From: Styela clava
Taxonomy: Eukaryota
Direction of reading: 5' to 3'
Assembly: GCF_964204865.1 (NCBI RefSeq)
Contig: NC_135253.1
Location: 16,802,001-16,866,000 of the forward strand
DNA length: 64,000 nt
Shown: positions 1 through 11,086 of the stretch, one piece after another
How the letters are laid out: each line of letters begins with the position of its first letter
How positions within the stretch are numbered: position 1 is the stretch's first letter
Program-made: the position numbers and the translations under genes
The notes under the pieces: model-generated
What the model saw: the letters and a program-made list of their open reading frames with translations, nothing else
Told to the model about the DNA's origin: nothing
The model's database searches: none

Positions 1-539
1 GGATGAGAAACATCGAAGATATTGGACATTCAATTTTTCCTATACCCCTAATTTATTGGTCGAAGTGTATGAGCGGTTACGCAAGATATAAACTCAATTT
101 TCTTACAAATTGCCGGGTTTCAGGAATGGTAACCAAGATTTTCTAATGAGAGAAGTGATCCTATCAAAATTCTCGCTCGAAATTTCGGGTACATGTCTTA
201 CACACGAGATCGGCCACAGCTGATACACTATGGCGAGCAAATAAGAATGGATACAAGTACTGTGTATTTCAATACTCCTAACCACTTATTGTTGATAGTG
301 CATGTTATTTGCCTGAAACAAGGTCATTGCCTGAGATATCGTAGTTTACATACAAGAAGACCCAAAAAAACGGAACCCATGGATTTCTTAATTACGTTTA
401 TGAAAATGTATTTAATTTTGTTTGCGCCTGAATTTCTGTTTGTGTATAATTATAACCGAAAATTTCAGAAATCTAGGACGCTTTGTACAAAAAGTTCTGT
501 TCTCTCTGAAATATTTTCCAAATCGCCTCCTTGACATTG

Positions 540-1396
540 CAAGGGTCACCAACCTTTTCGGAGCCGAGGGCTACTTTCTGGGTACAGTTTGAGCCGAGGG
601 CTACCAGTTCAATTCACACTTCCAAAAAGTCAATTTGCTCAATTAAGCTTCAATTATTGAGAATTACTGGTATTTAGTAAGATAAAAACACTGATAAACT
701 TAAGAATTCTTCAGAAAATCAAACGATTATTATTAACGTAGCAAATAAATCACTATCCATGGCACTTTCATTTTCAAACTGATTGTTTTGAAAAATGTTG
801 ATTCATGTTAGCTCGAACCAAACACCGGTCTCGTAAAATAGAATTGCTGTTTGATTTAAAAGGCTAGCTTTTTCTGCCCTTACTGCGCTGACCAATGGAT
901 AGTAACAAGATGTGAAATATCTCTCCGCTTTGTCGTTACTATAATTGCCCCGCAAATTAGACATACGTAAGGTGGTAAAGGGGAATTCATCCCCCACTCA
1001 TCGTGGAAATGGTAGGTTTTCTTTCGTTTTTCTGTCATTTTTCTTCAAAATTAATAACTGTTTTATTGCTGCTCCACAAATCAACGGACAAGAAAAAACG
1101 CAGGTTCGTGGAAGTGACATCAGTGTGATGACATAATTGTGAGAGTATTGAATGACCCATCACATTACTGTGGTCAAATACTAATCAGAATGATCGTTAC
1201 AATAATAATTACCATAGTGTCATTTGCCACGTACAGACAAAAGTGCGATTTATACAAGAGTCGTATGACAAAAATTGATTGATGTAGCTTACTTATGAGC
1301 GCCGTTATTATGCTTATTTTGGAACAGACATGCGGGCGACTTATATGGTCTTCACGGGCGACTTGGTGCCCGCGGGCAACGGGTTGGAGACCCCTG
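540..1396. mobile_element. Non-autonomous hAT (Charlie/Buster-like) MITE
   Basis: Terminal inverted repeats CAAGGGTCACCAACC (540) and GGTTGGAGACCCCTG (ends 1396) match at 13/15. Subterminal GCGGGC/GAGGGCTAC repeats are present. No ORF, and the 8-bp TSD is not preserved. Confidence 0.75.
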
Positions 1397-1904
1397 TTAT
1401 AGAGTATAGAAAGACTTGTATCCCTTGAGCAAAATTGTGAATTACTAACTTGGTTTTCTGCTGAAACGCACTTTCTATTGTGAGGGCATGTCTATACTAT
1501 ACTGATGATCAAGTCCGGCTGCAGTATGGAACAGAACATTCACAAGGTGTAAAGAAAATAAAAAAAAGTTATGGAAAGGCATTGCGGATAATGGATTTTT
1601 AACGAGATCAATATACAAACATTCAACGACCGTACCGGACATTCAGCTTACCGTATGCTAATTTTAAGCAGACATGTGCTGGTACTCTGATATTAAAACT
1701 GTAGAATGTAGAGTCTGTAGAGTAATCTCGTGTCGAGGATTTCATTTTGTGATGATCAAAAGCCCATATTGTAGAAAAATTTTGAGAATTGGAATATCCG
1801 TTAATCAAGGTTTACATTTGACGCCAAAGATCTTCTGTTTATCGCTATATCACAAAATAAACATTCAATTAACAGCGTATTCCATTATTACTGCAATAGC
1901 TTAA

Positions 1905-2372
1905 GTGTTTCAAGAGTATATCCGATATTGTTGCTCAGTCTGGCTCCATGGTAATAAAACGCTTGTCTCAAAATTGCAAAGTACTTGTAATAATTTTTTA
2001 AGAATTGTCTTCAGGAAAAGTAAACATGAAAGTGTAAATCATTTTTATAAAACGCTAAATATACTCAAAGTCGAAGATATAATGAAATTTGAAGTACTAT
2101 CGTTAGTCTATGATTTTCATAACAACTCCTTGCCAAACTGCTTCGACGACATACAAACTAAAATTACTTCTAATCGAAGAAGTAGTTCTGATTTGTTTAT
2201 ACCTTTTATGAGTAAATCTGTGAGCCAGCATGCCCTGTGTTATACTGGACCCAAGCTGTGGAATTCCCTCCCCTTGAATTTAAAGACATTGAAATCCAAA
2301 AAATTGTTTCAGAAAAGTCAAGTCCCACTTGATATCCAAATATTAAAAGTTATTATTTCAGAACCACACTGA
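1905..2372 (+). mobile_element. 5'-truncated non-LTR retrotransposon (L2/CR1-group) ORF2 C-terminal fragment
   Basis: The translation YIRYCCSVW...KLQSTCNNFLRIV...LFIP...YTGPKLWNSLP matches the post-RT C-terminal region typical of L2/Crack/CR1-group LINEs. No RT core lies upstream. Confidence 0.8.
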
Positions 2373-3329
2373 CATATAGTTTTTGTATGTAATTAGATAG
2401 AACATCAAAAGAAAGACCATGACAGAATGTTGGGACACTCCTCACTTGCACATACTTATTATTCCCATGAGAATGTTGAACAGCCATAATATTGTTATTG
2501 TCTCTGAGATTGCTTCTTATTTTTGAACAAGCAGCTAAGCTCTCCACATCTGTTTTGTTTTGCATTAAAGTTGGCTCTTTATTTTGTCCTATAGCATGCA
2601 TAGCATAATATTCTTTCGCACATGGCTGCTCATATTCTGATATCTGCATGTGCATGTTTTTTGTTGGGTTTCTGATATTCCACATGCATGATCTTTTATT
2701 TCTATTTCAGTGGTGGTGTTTCTTTGTGAGGGTTGTAGAAGGTATAATTTAACTCCGGTACCTATTACTGTACTTAGGCGACCAGTCGAGATATATTGGA
2801 TTCTCCCCTTCATTTTAATTTGCTGTGGTATTCCATGATTTGTCTTGTGTGTATACAAAATTTTATCCTAGGTTAAGGTTCTGCTGTGAAGTTAACGTGA
2901 AGGCCAACATACAAATGGTTAGTGTGGTTTGAGAGTTCTTGCATGGTTTGCGAAGATTATTTACCCTGTGTCCCAACCAGAATTCAACTCAGGTCTTTCA
3001 ACTTGCGTTTTAAAGATAAATAACTAATCATCAATATTTACTCAAAATAATAATTTCTTCTCAACAAAAGTGTAGGGTAGAGTGAGTGGTATTTCCTAAT
3101 ATGTAACCCTTGAATATTCTACTCGCAGATTTATTTTCTGTTTTTCAGGTCGTTTGTGATGACCAATTCAATGGCTAGCTTATTGAATATAAAGGGTGTC
3201 TACATCATCAAAATTGGCAGTCTGATGTCTATGATAAATTTGAATTGACAACAATTGCGTTACATTAAGTAAACGAAGAAATGATCCTGTGAAATAACAA
3301 TCCTAATTCCTTTGTCCTTGCAGAAGTCA

Positions 3330-4220
3330 ATATCTAAGATTAAAAAAAACTTACTTATAAACCTTGGTAACCAACATATTCCTATTCCCCGTTGTCCTAA
3401 CTTAATTAATTATAATTACTTATACTGTTACTTGTACCTTTAAATACTTATTACAATCTGGACTATAATTTGGCAATAATAGGCTCTAGTTTGGGGAATG
3501 AAGTGGTCTAGCCCACCTCTTCATGCACCCAATTCTGGCAACTTTGGTTGGGCATTTTTGGCAATTGACTCCAACTATAATCAGCTTGGCAATATATTTT
3601 TCATAAAAGTTTATCTCTACTGTTCACTCCCATTTATAAAATCTATCAATTCGACAGTGGCAAACGTTATAAATTTATTAATATGGTGTGGCAAGTAATT
3701 TTTATTTATTTATTTTTTGTTAACTATCCGTATGTAATTTATAACTTTTGTATGGTTGTGTGTGTGGGTGAGCGTGTGTGATATATTTCCATTATTTTAG
3801 GTGAGTGAACACGTACCACTTCTTCTTGGCAAAACCTTCCATCTTATATACATTCTGTATGTTTTAAACCTTATCTAAGGTTTTGTTTGCTCTCCTGATT
3901 TCATAATCAGTTTTTATTTATTTTTTTTACCATTCATTTTATTGTTATGCTGATTATGGAGTCGAAATAAACTTATACTTATAGTATAACAGCCCGGAAG
4001 TTTAATACATTCGAGTATCTTTTGTTTGATTATTTCTTGCCCAAGCCTCGTTTTACTAGGTTTGCGTTTTTTGTAATTTATTTTTGTGTGTGTGCTGGTG
4101 GGCGGGCACATGATATCTCTCATGTTTTAAACTTTTTTAAAGGTTTTGCTCGCCCTCCAGAAATCTCCATTTTAAATTTGTGTATATTATGGAGTATTCA
4201 AATAAACTATCTATCTATAT
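3330..4220 (+). mobile_element. Two adjacent LINE 3' UTR/tail remnants
   Basis: Two copies of a stem-loop (AAACCTT-ATCT-AAGGTTT at 3866; AAACTTT-TTT-AAAGGTTT at 4129). Each is followed by ...CTCC, then GGAGT...AAATAAAC and a short-repeat tail (TTATACTTAT; TATCTATCTAT). This is typical L2-clade 3' end architecture. The left boundary is approximate. Confidence 0.5.
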
Positions 4221-4504
4221 AGCAACAATAACAGCAGGGTCGGATCATGACGTTTACAGACCCTAAGCACTTTCGATTTTGGTGCCCTATATATATAAAT
4301 AATACGATAGAAACTGGTGTTTTTTATATTATTTGAATTTAAATAAGAAATTTCCAGTATTCATGACTAATTCTGCGCCAAATACCGATTATTTTGCATT
4401 ATTTTTGTGGGGAAAACAGTTCCTTGCTGCAACAGCCAGCCGCGATGATCCTGTCCGTTGTGGGCATGTAGGAATGTACTGTATATATTTTCAATTTTCG
4501 TTTG

Positions 4505-4790
4505 CCTAGACGGCTAATAAAAAACGATTTGATTTATTGGTCACGTTTAGTGGCCATAACGATCGTTTCAATATTATGTTGTTGTTGTTCTTCGACACGT
4601 TTTTAAAAAGTCGCTTTTCTCTTCGAATACTGGACCAATTGCTTTGAAATTTTCAGTGGTTAAAGATTATTTTTTTCGCTAGAAGGCTATTACTTTTATT
4701 TATTTCAAAATTTTGCGTGAATTCTATGAAATTTGATATTTCGTTTAAAATTTTGCTGTATTATTTTTTATCCATGGGAACACGGATTTT
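4505..4790. repeat. Probable Helentron/DINE-1-like non-autonomous element fragment
   Basis: A (GTT)n microsatellite is followed by CTCTTCGAATACTGGACCAATTGCTTTGAAATTTT, resembling the core of HINE/DINE-like elements. Boundaries are uncertain. Confidence 0.3.
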
Positions 4791-5942
4791 AGTCAGTGTC
4801 GTGACTGGCTGTACGTTTTGATTCTGCAAAATTCTTGCTACTGGAAATTCAGAACTTTTTTGAGGGTACCGGTAGCGTCAAAGGTACCGGTTAGGACTGA
4901 TTCGCTCTGGTCTAACGTGTCCATATATTTGTGCGTAGCTCTCTTGTTGATTTTATGTTTTTCTTTTATGTTTTTTTATGATTAATTTAATGACGATTCG
5001 TGACTATTCAGCACACTTATACTACTATATAGGCTACGGCATATTTGATTCAGAAAATAATGGCTGTTTCTGTAATGCACGTTTGTGTGAAAGAGGGTAA
5101 ATAATCAATTTTACTAATGTCAGTTGGTCTAAATTCCAAGTGTGGTTTTAAGCTTTTCGCGGCGTCTGGAGCTGCCGCAAAACCATGGCGGTATTTCCAA
5201 ACCACGGCCGCTATGGCCAAACTCACGGCGACTGACTTTTTAGCTGCCACAAACCAATGGCGAGTTGCCGTTACCGCGGCAGCAAATTGAAAACCGATGG
5301 CGGGTAAAATTTAGCTGCCGCAACCCCGGCAGGTCAGGGCTGCCCAGATGGTGACAAATATTGGGTAAGTTGGAACATTTTTTTTATAGATACAGTTTAG
5401 AATAGATGTATTTGGGGTTAGGTTTCGGGTTTGAGTAGATATATTTTCGCATGATAAACTGAAATCTGGTAAATGACTTTGTGAATATACCGGTAATAGC
5501 GACATAAACCATGGCAAGAGCCGCCGCGGTTCGTTCGTGGCAGGAGCTGTCATGAAGTGGTAAGAACTGCGAATCCTAAATTCAGTCGACAAGAGCCTGG
5601 GAAACAATGATAAGTTATGCCGGAGTTGGAAGAAAGTAGCATTGGGAGCGATTGAGAGGTGAGAAATCAAGTTGTAGACTGACAGTTAATGTTTTAAAAT
5701 ATAGTCTATATGGCATTTCAGACTGTAATATATCAGAATTCACTGTGGTGCTGTGCATATATGCAAAAACTGCGGGAATGTAGTGCATCAGATAAAATGC
5801 ATTATTTATGAGAAGTATTATTCAATATTTAGTGGTATTTTTACGCTCATGCAGTTCCAAATATTTTCTTCCTCGTTTTAGATACTGTACTACAAAAGAA
5901 AACGGAAATGTCCACCAATTCAACCTAACGCAGGCTCTAATC

Positions 5943-6385
5943 CAGGGGTGGGCAACTTCTCTAGTCGGCGGGCCAGATGTGGAAAAATGAAGTACTCGAC
6001 GGGCCGGATATTACAAAAAATACTTCGGTATCCAATCTTTATTAAATGCTCAACACTCTCAGACAACTTTACGTTTCTTGGGATATTCCATGGTTAATAA
6101 AACTTAATATAAAACCTAATTTCTAAAATCTATTTATATTTAGAATCTAAATATAAATATATCTGATAACAGTAATGGGGAATGTTTACAGCGCTCTCTG
6201 CTTTGACCTTATATTGTTTGTTTACAAGTGTGCTAACGCAATTGTTTGTTCACAAAGACACTTGTTTATTTCACCAGCTCGCAATGACAGTGCGGTGAAA
6301 GTAGAGCGATCGGCAACTTTCAGGAATGATGTGTCGGAGCATATTACAGAGTGTGGTTGGATACAGTCAGCGGGCCGGACAAAAT
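5943..6385. mobile_element. Truncated hAT (Charlie-like) MITE
   Basis: Left terminus CAGGGGTGGGCAAC with GCGGGCC(A/G)GA subterminal repeats near 5967, 6000 and 6370. The right TIR was not found. Confidence 0.5.
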
Positions 6386-6840
6386 CTCTCGAATAAAATG
6401 GATCGAACAAGAAGTCTTGAAGCGTAAAGGTATAGGAGAAGATAACAGTCGCGAACAGCTTAGATAGGCTATTCATAATGAAATACTTCGGCACTTTTCT
6501 GCAATTGTTTTCCAATTCATTTTTTCCCAACTATGAAGATTTTTAATATGTGACTTCGTCGCATAAAAGTTGATGCGTTTGACGAGTTCTATGAAATTAA
6601 AGCAACTTTTTTATTATATTTCGTTGTAAACCTATGATTTTTGGGGAATTCCCTATATATACTATTTTTGCATAAGGATTTTTGAAGCATGTTTTACAGA
6701 AAATGTGCAACCTTCGTTAGTGGGAACAAGCTGTTAATTAAAAAAAAAGAGCTCGAACGTTGAATAAGTAACGTTACGTCATGGTGCCAAAGATGCTCTC
6801 GATATCACTTGGATGATGTAGTGGGATTGATCGAAATGAC

Positions 6841-7290
6841 CAGTGGTTCCGGCATGACGATGCGACCCCACACACATTCAACTGGCTGAGAGAGCGATTT
6901 CAAGAAAGGCTGATCAGCAGTGACGTCGAGTGTGCATCAATAAATCGGACTTGAATCCTCGACAATTCTATCTTTAAGAGCAATTCTGAGGACAATGTGT
7001 ATCAGAACAATCCCTAAACAATTGCTGATCTAAAGGCTACAAGTACAGCAAAAATCAGAGAGATCCTCATAGACGAATGTGCGCGAGTGATTGGCAATTT
7101 TGTGCAACAGATGCAAGTCTGTCTCCAACGCCGAGGACGGCATTTGGAACATAACGTGCAAGACGCCTAGAGTTTTGAATCTTGTACCATCACACACAAA
7201 GATAAGTTTAAGTGTAGACAAAATGGCATAATTTAGTCCATTTCGTAAAAGTAATTGAGAATTTTATGGGTTCTGTTTTTTGGAGTCAAA
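6841..7290 (+). pseudogene. Degenerate Tc1/mariner-superfamily (rosa/maT-like) transposase C-terminus with terminal remnant
   Basis: Manual translation gives QWFRHDDATPHT (cf. WFQQDGATPHT), WLRERFQERLIS, DLNP..FYL, and DNVYQNNP*TIADLK...ECARVIGNFVQQMQVCLQRRGRHLEH. It contains stops and frameshifts. Confidence 0.8.
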
Positions 7291-7417
7291 AGGGTGGTAG
7301 GCTATTATTAACTAATTTGCTACTAAGTTTTATATCTTATTTTGGAGTATTCTTGTATCGTATCTCTCCAAATGGTTCGCCAGTTATAATGTTTAGTATT
7401 TTCTTTGTATTCTAGAA

Positions 7418-9495
7418 CAGTGATTCCCGAAGTGGGCGATATCGCCCCCCAGTGGGCGAAAACGATACAGAGGGGGGCGAAAAAGTCTAAGGGGGCGATT
7501 TCACGAAAGCTGTTTTATGTTCGGCGCACTTAATTCTGTACTCTGTGTGCATTCGCGGGCTTGAATCATGTGAGCGATGTTCACACGCGAAAGGATTTCT
7601 GGTCTCGTCTTTGCAGTAAGGTAAGGTAAGGTAGTTTACGTATCCCAGTGGTCGACAAAATACTGCCGAAGTAAAATAATCTGGCCCGGGACGATTCACT
7701 GAATGGACCTTTGACCGCGGAAAATTCTTTCCATACTTTACCATTTGAAAATTTTCGGTGCTTATTTTAAGAGTGGTTTCGCGAGCTGTGGCCTGTAAAA
7801 TGGGGTATTTGATTCAAACTATCATTCTAATACACACCATTTAACAATCTGTTTTTTAAAAGTACCGATAAAGAATTTTAGCCTAGTCTATCACAGCTAT
7901 TTCTACACTAATTTTTGATTGCTGTATTTAAACTGAAACTCATAGAAAGACAAACTAATCATTGACTTATTTCATTTAAATTTCCGAAAAACAACTAAAT
8001 ACTAACGAATATAATTCAAAACGCGAAAATGAGGTAGTGCTCACGACCACCCCCGAAAATTTGTCCGAGTGAGAGTGTCTGACCTCCTGCGAAAGGGGGC
8101 ATTGTTACGTTTTTTGCATCTTGCTGATTGGCCAATGTCACGAAGTAAACAAGGAAGTCTATGCCCGGGGAAATATCCAAACGGCGGTTTTGACGATGAA
8201 ATTTTTTTATTTATAATCTACGCTCGAGGAGTAAATTACATTTTTTTACGTAACAGAATTTATCGTGAGACACGTTTAGAGTAAATTATACTATATGCTA
8301 ACAATTTAGTGAACAGCCACTCGTTTAACGAGCCTACAATTTAATTATAATTAGACAAATGGAAACACGCAGAAAAGTTGATGCTGAGTGCAGGGGTTCA
8401 ATAGCGCAGTAAATATTCGAATATATTGCAAAGCAATAAGGAAATAAAATCCATATTCTATTCGAGAGATTCATCACTGCTTGATTTTTGTAAGAATGTA
8501 TCTCCTTAAAGAAAATATATATTTATCAAAATTTCACAAATCGTGCGAAAATATTCACTTCGATGTTTGGAAGTACATATTTGTGCAAACCATTATTTTC
8601 GAAAATGAACATTACAAAGAACAAGCAAAGAAGTGGGTTTGGTGATGCCCATTTAGAAAATGTTTCAGTCTTGGCGTCGTAAAGCTATCCAGCGCGATGC
8701 AGCAACAAGACAGTGTCACATTAAATGTCATTGTAATATTTTTTTAATAGGACGACTGAGTTGAGTTCACGATTGTCGCAGTTTCCGCGTGTGTTTCGTT
8801 TTTAACTCTCAAAAAATATATGCGACCCGCAAAAGACTAGCAACCCTGAATTTTGTCCTGCGAGCGACATAAAATTTGTCGACCCCTGGGCCGTAGCCGA
8901 TAGTCAGTCACGGCTTCTTCCACATCCGAGTCCATGAATCCAAAAAAATGGCTGGTTAATCATGGAATGGAGGCCGTGATGGGATGAGGAATCGGGGATG
9001 GATTTTTCCGAAGTATTTTGGTGCAGGTCATCAGGCTGTACGAATGAATGAAATGTTCAAAAATTATTATTATAAGTTTGGGAAAATTAACTTTGTTCTT
9101 CTTATTTTAATGTGAAATGTGGTGAATTTAGGAAGTGAAATGCTATAAGGCAAGAGTACACGGCGGTTTTTGAGAAGGTAGGACCCTGGATTTTTTTCAT
9201 TTCCGACCTATTATATGGTGAAAAAGGGGTTTTCAGCCGTGCTACTATTGCTATTAGAACAATGAAATCACCTTTCCATCAGTAAATGGGGTAATTTTAG
9301 ATGTAATAAAAAACTCGCTGAAGAACACCAAGCTCATCTATCTCATTAAAAAACACTATAAACTATGATTTGTCTTCTTATTTGGTCTGTAATAAATTCG
9401 TTTCTGACTTTATATTTTTTTGTAGTGCAGGGGGGCGATGAAGTTGTATAAACTACTTTAGGGGGGCGATGGTCAAAAAAGTTTGGGAACCACTG
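7418..9495. mobile_element. Non-autonomous hAT (Charlie/Buster-type) element
   Basis: TIRs CAGTGATTCCCGAAGT and AGTTTGGGAACCACTG. Perfect 8-bp TSD TTCTAGAA (7410-7417 and 9496-9503). GGGGGCGA subterminal repeats at both ends. Confidence 0.92.
8391..8888 (+). mobile_element. Nested Buster/SPIN-like hAT remnant carrying the transposase C-terminal dimerisation motif
   Basis: 8563-8664 translates as MFGSTYLCKPLFSKMNITKNKQRSGFGDAHLENV, the hAT Buster C-terminal motif. The right end is ...TTTGTCGACCCCTG (8888) and a possible left end is CAGGGG at 8391. No TSD. Confidence 0.7.
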
Positions 9496-9605
9496 TTCTA
9501 GAATACTTTTGGATGTTCTTGGTTCTGGTCAACTCAGTACTTGCGTTTAAAATAGATCTATAGTCAGGCCTACATTTTATAGCATCTTTCAGGGTCATCT
9601 AAATA

Positions 9606-10565
9606 GGGGAAGGTGGGGCACGTTGGGACATGGGGGCACAGTGGAAAATCAGCTCTCACACTGATACTATATCCGCAATCCTGTCCGCGGTTCGATGTTT
9701 CTTCGGTGAGTTACAACGTCCCCGCGAACGGACAACGGACGGGTAAAGCAGCGCAAGCTACGAGGTGAAATTGGTTTTAGGAGGTTGAAACTAAAATTTT
9801 ACCACTCCAGTTATTTCTTTTTTTTTACTTTAGCCTTCCCAACATGACAAACCACCGTCTGATAATTTTCAGCTTCAGTCCACTGTAAAATATTCATAAC
9901 GTTGAGTGGATGTGCCATCCGAATTCCGCCATGGGATGGTCTGAAAATAATGGTCCGGGATTCAGTGGAAAGAAAATGCCCTACAGGGCACAATTCGACA
10001 GTGTTTGATACAATAAGTGCTTAGAGACCTAGAGATGCGGTATATTTTGTGTAATATTATGGTTTCTTCCGACCCATGGCCCAATATGGAGTATTTCCGA
10101 GAATCAATAATATTTCCAGATTAGGATTAGAGGAAGAAAATAGTCAAATTTGTTTGCGAATTTTTTTGTCAAAATATCTGAACTATTTTAGTTGAACATT
10201 TTTTTTTAAATATTTTTAAAAATATTAAAGCTTCAAATTTGAAGTTTCCCTGTTCTTTAGACGTTTATGCTGATTAATTGCTTATTTTTAAAGGCATACC
10301 TAGTTGAATTCTGACAGACTGACCCATTGTGCCCCAGGGTCTGTCCGAATGTGCCCCACAAGTGGGATACAGTGGGACACTTGACAGACGTTTTTCAAAG
10401 CATTTGGGTAGTAAGATGTGTGTTGCAAAGGAATTTCTTAGTCGCTGAATAAAAACTACATTTACCCCTCTATGCATTAGTCCCGCAAACGTAAGTGAAT
10501 ATGCATAATTAACGGCTTAAAATATGCAAAAGAAAAAAAGTGTCCCAACCTTCCCCACTTTCCCC
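9606..10565. mobile_element. Non-autonomous Tc1/mariner/pogo-type MITE
   Basis: About 25-bp TIRs GGGGAAGGTGGGGCACGTTGGGACA and TGTCCCAACCTTCCCCACTTTCCCC, flanked by TA on both sides. Internal (T)GGGACA/TGCCCC repeats. Confidence 0.85.
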
Positions 10566-10745
10566 TACACAAAACGACGGCACAAGTACCATGCCCACTC
10601 TTCAAAGTAGTGGTTTCATACATAAATAGAACGCTAAACAATTATTCGAATTGTATTTGGTTTCGTAAAAGTTGTAAACACGATTATTTAACTATGAACT
10701 TGTATATATATATAGTTACTTACGGTGCCATATCGCGATGTCACT

Positions 10746-11086
10746 GGCGCGGCGGTGTGGCTCAACGGGCTAAGCGTTAGGAATACGCTCGCCACCGCAC
10801 CTCTAATTACTCTGCGTGGGTTCGCAGGTTCGAATCCCATGCAGGGATGGTTATGTGCGAGAAGATTGCTGGGCTCCTCGCCGTCGTTGGGTGGTTCACG
10901 TTACCGCTGGTCGGTTACGGCTTCCTCCACCACCAAGTTCATGCTTCCGAAAACAAACAATATAACTAATCCCATACCCGACTTGGAATAGTAACCGGAC
11001 GAGAGGCCGTGGTTCGCCATATGGATAAGCCGTCTGTCTTATCGGCTTTCCTCTCCCCGGGATAAATATGTAAATCTATCCTATCC
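10746..11086 (+). mobile_element. tRNA-derived SINE
   Basis: Pol III A box TGGCTCAACGGG (10758) and B box GGTTCGAATCC (10827). GC-rich body, 3' stem-loop AAGCCG...CGGCTT, and a (CTATC)-type tail. It does not form a complete tRNA cloverleaf. Confidence 0.85.

Noticed and set aside
1-533. Possible right end of a Kolobok-like element (...AAATCGCCTCCTT) and ORF 193-534
   Set aside because: The partner end lies outside the window and no TTAA TSD is intact. The ORF has no recognisable motifs.
6643-6652. NF-kB-like site GGGGAATTCC(C); also GGGAAAACCC near 56229 and IRF-like GAAATGAAA in NLR-C intron 1
   Set aside because: Short motifs like these are expected by chance in 64 kb. The best kB match is far from any gene start, and there is no supporting evidence.
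10746-10845. tRNA gene
   Set aside because: It has A and B boxes, but their spacing is too long, no acceptor stem closes, and it runs into a 240-bp body with a microsatellite tail. It is a SINE.
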